20,000 nt of DNA from an uncultured virus (IMG/VR IMGVR_UViG_3300046523_000170) (lineage: Duplodnaviria > Heunggongvirae > Uroviricota > Caudoviricetes), in the IMG/VR virus record IMGVR_UViG_3300046523_000170. One strand, given 5' to 3'. This document shows, piece by piece, positions 16,266-20,000 of this stretch (positions are counted from its first letter, which is position 1; each line of letters starts with the position of its first letter). The notes under the pieces were generated by a model. It worked only from the letters and a program-made list of their open reading frames with translations. It did not search any database and was not told the DNA's origin. Position numbers and translations under genes: made by a program.

Positions 16266-16486
16266 GTAATACCTCCTTCTAAAAACGTTAAAGCCGAAGC
16301 CTCCTATGTGTGTGTTTGCAATGGGCGTGCAGAATCGCCAGTAGGTCGCTACCATGATCGGATTATCTCACTGGAAATGATTTCCTGCAAGGACTAAAAT
16401 TCCAATTTGCGCCTGCGTGGCTTAACACGATTTGCCCGGGAATTGTTGATCATGTTGACGAAAATGAAATATCCAGTAGTGTTGGA

Positions 16487-17230
16487 GTGGTCGTGAAGAA
16501 GTCGCAGGTTGCGGCGAGGCTGGTTAAGCTTGATGCTCATGCTTCGCATCTGTTGGACGCGTTTCTAGTTCTGCGAGAGCGCTATGCGATGCTGCATCCG
16601 ATGCTGTTTAAGGAGGGGGTACCTGAGCGTTGGGGGAGTGGTAAGCGGGCAAGGGGGTACTTCACTTTGCGGCACACGTTGTTTCTCGCCTGCTGTCAGG
16701 ACATAGCGAAGATTGTGATGGACGATCATGATCAGACTCCCAGTGTAAAGAAGCTGGTGGTTGCGTTGGAAAATCCACTTGTTCGGTCGGAGTTGCGCAA
16801 GCGTTACACGGTTGTTCAGGCAACGATAGTAGATGGGGAGCCGGATCAAGGTTTGATTGAGGTATTGCGTCGAATGGATGAGCAAGAGGCGCTACAGCTT
16901 GGTAGAGAGTTCGACCGTCATTACACTGACCTTGTGCGAGCGTGGGATGATCTCGCATCATCCCAGGCCATCAGCGGCTTTGTAACCATAAGGGATAAGG
17001 CATCGGCCCATGCTGAGTTGACGATGCGGGACGGGGTCTATTCGTTCTTTGACGTTTCTACTGCGGGGGTTACATGGGGCGATCTCCGTACGGCCATAGC
17101 CTTAGTGCAGCATGCGGTTGAGTTGCTAGGTGCGGTTATCCGGGGTGCGGGCTTTGCATGGGAGATGCTAGGCAAACAGCTTGAGAAGGCTGCGAATGAT
17201 TTCTGGATAGTCGACACTCGGTCGCCTTAA
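16487..17230 (+). CDS. HEPN-domain protein (AbiU2-like), candidate RNase toxin/defence protein
   Basis: All-helical character with an R-x5-H motif (IRDKASAH, ~16988-17011) in the C-terminal third; GGAG near the GTG starts. Confidence 0.6.
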   Translation: MVVKKSQVAARLVKLDAHASHLLDAFLVLRERYAMLHPMLFKEGVPERWGSGKRARGYFTLRHTLFLACCQDIAKIVMDDHDQTPSVKKLVVALENPLVRSELRKRYTVVQATIVDGEPDQGLIEVLRRMDEQEALQLGREFDRHYTDLVRAWDDLASSQAISGFVTIRDKASAHAELTMRDGVYSFFDVSTAGVTWGDLRTAIALVQHAVELLGAVIRGAGFAWEMLGKQLEKAANDFWIVDTRSP

Positions 17231-17329
17231 AATTAACAGAGTAATCCTAGGGTTTCGGTGGGGCAGGGAGGGCGCATTGCCAAAGCGGTGGCGGCGCGGT
17301 ATTGACTGAATAGAGAGAAAAGGGAATGT

Positions 17330-18292
17330 ATGGTTGAGCCAGTATCAACAGGGTTGGCGATTGTGACGGACGCGGTTGTTGGGCTTCCAGAGCCTGTAAA
17401 GGCATCGTTCTTTAAGTCGCTGGGGAGCTTGATTGGTAGCTTAAGTGCTCTCCCGGCCGCTAAAATCAAGCAGTGGACGCAAGGCGTTGATGACACAACG
17501 GCGGCCAAATCCTTGATATCAGCAGCGGTGGCGAAAGCTGCTGCTGATCAGGTAGTAAAGGATTCACTGTTGGTGCAGGCAGCAGTGGAGACCTTTCTGC
17601 CAACAGACATTCGCAAGGCGCGGAACCGTTTAGTTGTTGCGCAAAGTGCGGCTGAACGGCTGGCAGAAGAAGCGCATGCAGGTGCTAGTGGTGACGGGGC
17701 GGCTCCGCCGGATGATGATTGGATGAATCGCTTTGCGCGATTTGCAGAGGATGCTTCGTCGGAGAGACTGCAAAGCCTGTTCGGACGTATTTTAGCTGGG
17801 GAAATTCTTCGTCCGGGGGCGTATGGACTGGCTACGCTTAGAGCCTTAAGCGAGTTGGATCAGTCAATAGCGAACGACTTTACTTTTGCTTGGGCTAGGA
17901 GTGTGGGTGAGGCTGTTGACTACAGTCCTGAATGGCATCGAGGCGAGTGCTTTGCAAGGTGGAAGCGGTTGAGCGAGGCAGGTCTTATGGCTCCCAGCAG
18001 CACTGCTCAGTATCTTCCGCCGTTCAATCCAACACATAACGGTCAGTCCTTATGGACGCCCATGATGGCAGGAGGTGCATGGCTCCTCGTGTATTTCCAG
18101 CAGGGTTCCGGGGCGCAGTGGGATCACATCGATTTCACGCGAGTCGGCCGAGAGCTCGGCAGCTTGCTCGAAAGGCCAGACTATGAGACGAACATGCGAA
18201 ATGCGGCTAATCGTCTTCCGCGAAGTGGGCTGACCCGGATAGAGCTATATTCGTCGGTTGCGCCTGCAGAGGTGCTTTGGAAGCTAGGGTAG
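17330..18292 (+). CDS. DUF2806-like protein
   Basis: Motif DDDWMNRFARFAEDASSERLQSLFGRILAGEILRPGAYGLATLRALSELD. Confidence 0.75.
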   Translation: MVEPVSTGLAIVTDAVVGLPEPVKASFFKSLGSLIGSLSALPAAKIKQWTQGVDDTTAAKSLISAAVAKAAADQVVKDSLLVQAAVETFLPTDIRKARNRLVVAQSAAERLAEEAHAGASGDGAAPPDDDWMNRFARFAEDASSERLQSLFGRILAGEILRPGAYGLATLRALSELDQSIANDFTFAWARSVGEAVDYSPEWHRGECFARWKRLSEAGLMAPSSTAQYLPPFNPTHNGQSLWTPMMAGGAWLLVYFQQGSGAQWDHIDFTRVGRELGSLLERPDYETNMRNAANRLPRSGLTRIELYSSVAPAEVLWKLG

Positions 18293-18357
18293 TAATTCCG
18301 TAGCGACAGATAGGTTGCGCAAGGAATGGCCATCGTTTGCGATGGCCAGTGCGAATG

Positions 18358-19125
18358 TCATGTGGCTGGATGTATGCTTGCGTGAGAATGTTGGTAGATA
18401 TGCTGCATCTTCCCGATCATGGCATCCAGCAGGTTGTCGCCAGTCTTGACCTTGATCGCTGCGTTGCCAGCGTAGATGGGCCGGCTGCTGGTGAGGGCTG
18501 CTACCTTTTTGTCCCGCTTCGGTCTAGATGCCGAAAAGATTTGCCCCTGCTTCTCCCACTCCTTGTCGAGCTTGTCCCGGGCTTTGTGGATGTAGCTCAG
18601 CCATTCCAGCGCATCTATTAGGCGTGTCTTCGCTTGGTCTGTAGCTCGGTTGGTTGGACCAAGGTAGGGGAGTTGGGCGTAATGGTTCCCGCTATGGATT
18701 TCGTTCTTCGGCTTCGCAATCCACGGATCATTCAGTCCCTGCTTTCGGCACTCTTTCGTCAGCCAGCAGTCATCGAACATGTTCAGGATGGCCTGTGGTG
18801 GTGATCCATCCGCGTCAACCAAGACGAAGATATGAAGATGTTCACCACGTTCAGCGCTGCACTCTCGGGCTGAAAACCATTCGTGGGGCACGCCAGAGCG
18901 AGTAAGTTTCTGGCAAAGGGCTATCAGCACCTTCTTGTGCTGGCGGTAGAGGCTGCCAGACAGAATCAGGTGGTACAGGCGTGGTTCCCGGTAGTAGGTA
19001 AGGGACTGGATGATCTTGTTCTTTGCGGTTCGATACGCACGCTTGCCCTTCGGGTGCCATCCTGCGTTGTTTCGCTTCTTCCCGTGAACTACGTTGTCGG
19101 GATATGTCGTTGTTGCCTTCGGCAT
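18358..19125 (-). CDS. HUH-endonuclease Rep-like protein (inovirus Gp2/YagK-like)
   Basis: AAAGGA RBS; HUH motif GEHLHIFVLV preceded by WFSARE, and a YxxK motif WLSYIHK; basic protein. Confidence 0.65.
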   Translation of the reverse strand: MPKATTTYPDNVVHGKKRNNAGWHPKGKRAYRTAKNKIIQSLTYYREPRLYHLILSGSLYRQHKKVLIALCQKLTRSGVPHEWFSARECSAERGEHLHIFVLVDADGSPPQAILNMFDDCWLTKECRKQGLNDPWIAKPKNEIHSGNHYAQLPYLGPTNRATDQAKTRLIDALEWLSYIHKARDKLDKEWEKQGQIFSASRPKRDKKVAALTSSRPIYAGNAAIKVKTGDNLLDAMIGKMQHIYQHSHASIHPAT

Positions 19126-19896
19126 GTGGTGTTCCTTTCGTTGGTCGATAGTCCTCCTTGGTCTGGTCCGTTAGGCAGACGCACTGATTCCTTGTTGTTT
19201 AATAAATGATGAGCGGTCGGATGACTGCTCTTATTGCTGGCTATCCCGAGCAAACCCGAAGAACAATAGGAGTGCCTGAGTAGTGTCGCTATGGACCTAC
19301 TACTTAACTACTAAGGTAACGGGGAATGCTTCCTCTGGGGAAGGGAATACTTCGATGGATGCAGAACTGGCTGAAACGTAGAGCCAATGCGGCTTCCGGC
19401 AGGAAGAGCAAGATTCAGCGGATGTGAATGTAAAACGTCCACGGAATCCAATGCCAACCCGCTACTTTATCATGGATATGCAGGAAATGCAACCATGTTG
19501 CGTTTTCGATTTAAAAGCCGCTGGCGGCCCTGCTGCATTTCCATGTGGGTCGGCACCAATTATCCAATCAATCGCTGCCACGGGCCTTTAAAGCAGTCCT
19601 AGCGGCCATCGGATGGGGTAACTGCCGTTCGTAAGCAATTTGGTGACTGAGCGCAGGAATTTACGCAGCGCAAAACAGATAAACCGCACACATTTTGCTA
19701 AGCAAAGGTGCGTTCTTCTATCGGTCGAGATAGAGCCATCAGGGCATAGGGTCGAGTTTGAACCCGAGGACGGCAGCCGTGGCATAGTACAGGCCGATGG
19801 TAGCTACGTCGATAGCGGTGTAGCGATGGCCGTCCTGATCGGAAGGCGTTAGGCTAGTTTGGGTTGGACTGTGTTCATCTGATGGTTTGACAGTGC

Positions 19897-20000
19897 TGGC
19901 ATTCCCCCACCACGACGGACACTTCCGATAGGTATGATGTTCCTATCGGAGGTATTACATGGCACGTGAAAGACGGTTGTTCTCAGAAGAGTTTAAGCGC
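19897..20000 (+). mobile_element. Left end of an IS3-family element (truncated by the window edge)
   Basis: TG-initiated end-like sequence TGGCATTCCCCC...GGACAC (exact boundary uncertain), then GGAGG RBS and an OrfA-like start. Confidence 0.6.
19959..20000 (+). CDS. IS3-family transposase OrfA, N-terminal fragment
   Basis: MARERRLFSEEFKR matches the R..FS.EFK start of IS3 OrfA HTH proteins. Confidence 0.7.
   Translation, partial: MARERRLFSEEFKR

Noticed and set aside
19640..19852. 70-aa ORF and neighbouring short ORFs at 19387-19785
   Set aside because: No clear RBS or recognisable motif; cannot be supported as genes.
16263..19961. Identical 14-mer GGAGGTATTACATG at the alpA start (minus, 16263-16276) and the IS3 orfA start (plus, 19948-19961)
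   Set aside because: It consists largely of the Shine-Dalgarno and ATG, the two copies belong to different elements, and the match does not extend; probably coincidence.

Overview
The window holds the right part of a siphovirus-like prophage, probably from a betaproteobacterial (Oxalobacteraceae/Massilia-like) host; the host assignment is inferred. Positions 1-1.37 kb are an accessory (moron) cassette: a Cas2/VapD-like small protein with a partner gene and a divergent secreted protein, bounded by terminator hairpins. Next come a 1770-aa tape measure protein with DUF4214-like repeats, a compact tail-tip module, a permuted papain-like protein and a lysis cassette (holin-like genes, GH19 endolysin, i-spanin with an embedded o-spanin). 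These are followed by an HTH-metallophosphoesterase, a Tae2/Tai2-like amidase effector-immunity pair and a LexA-boxed imuA pseudogene. The imuA remnant is interrupted by a complete 1803-bp ISL3 element with terminal inverted repeats, an 8-bp target duplication GAATATTT and a Cys-rich passenger gene. A 3' fragment of tRNA-Ser(TGA) at about 15936-15998 marks the likely prophage att junction. Beyond it lies a second small integrative element: AlpA, a HEPN (AbiU2-like) protein, a DUF2806-like protein and an HUH Rep-like protein. The window ends in the left end of an IS3-family element. All family assignments come from motif recognition by eye, not database searches.
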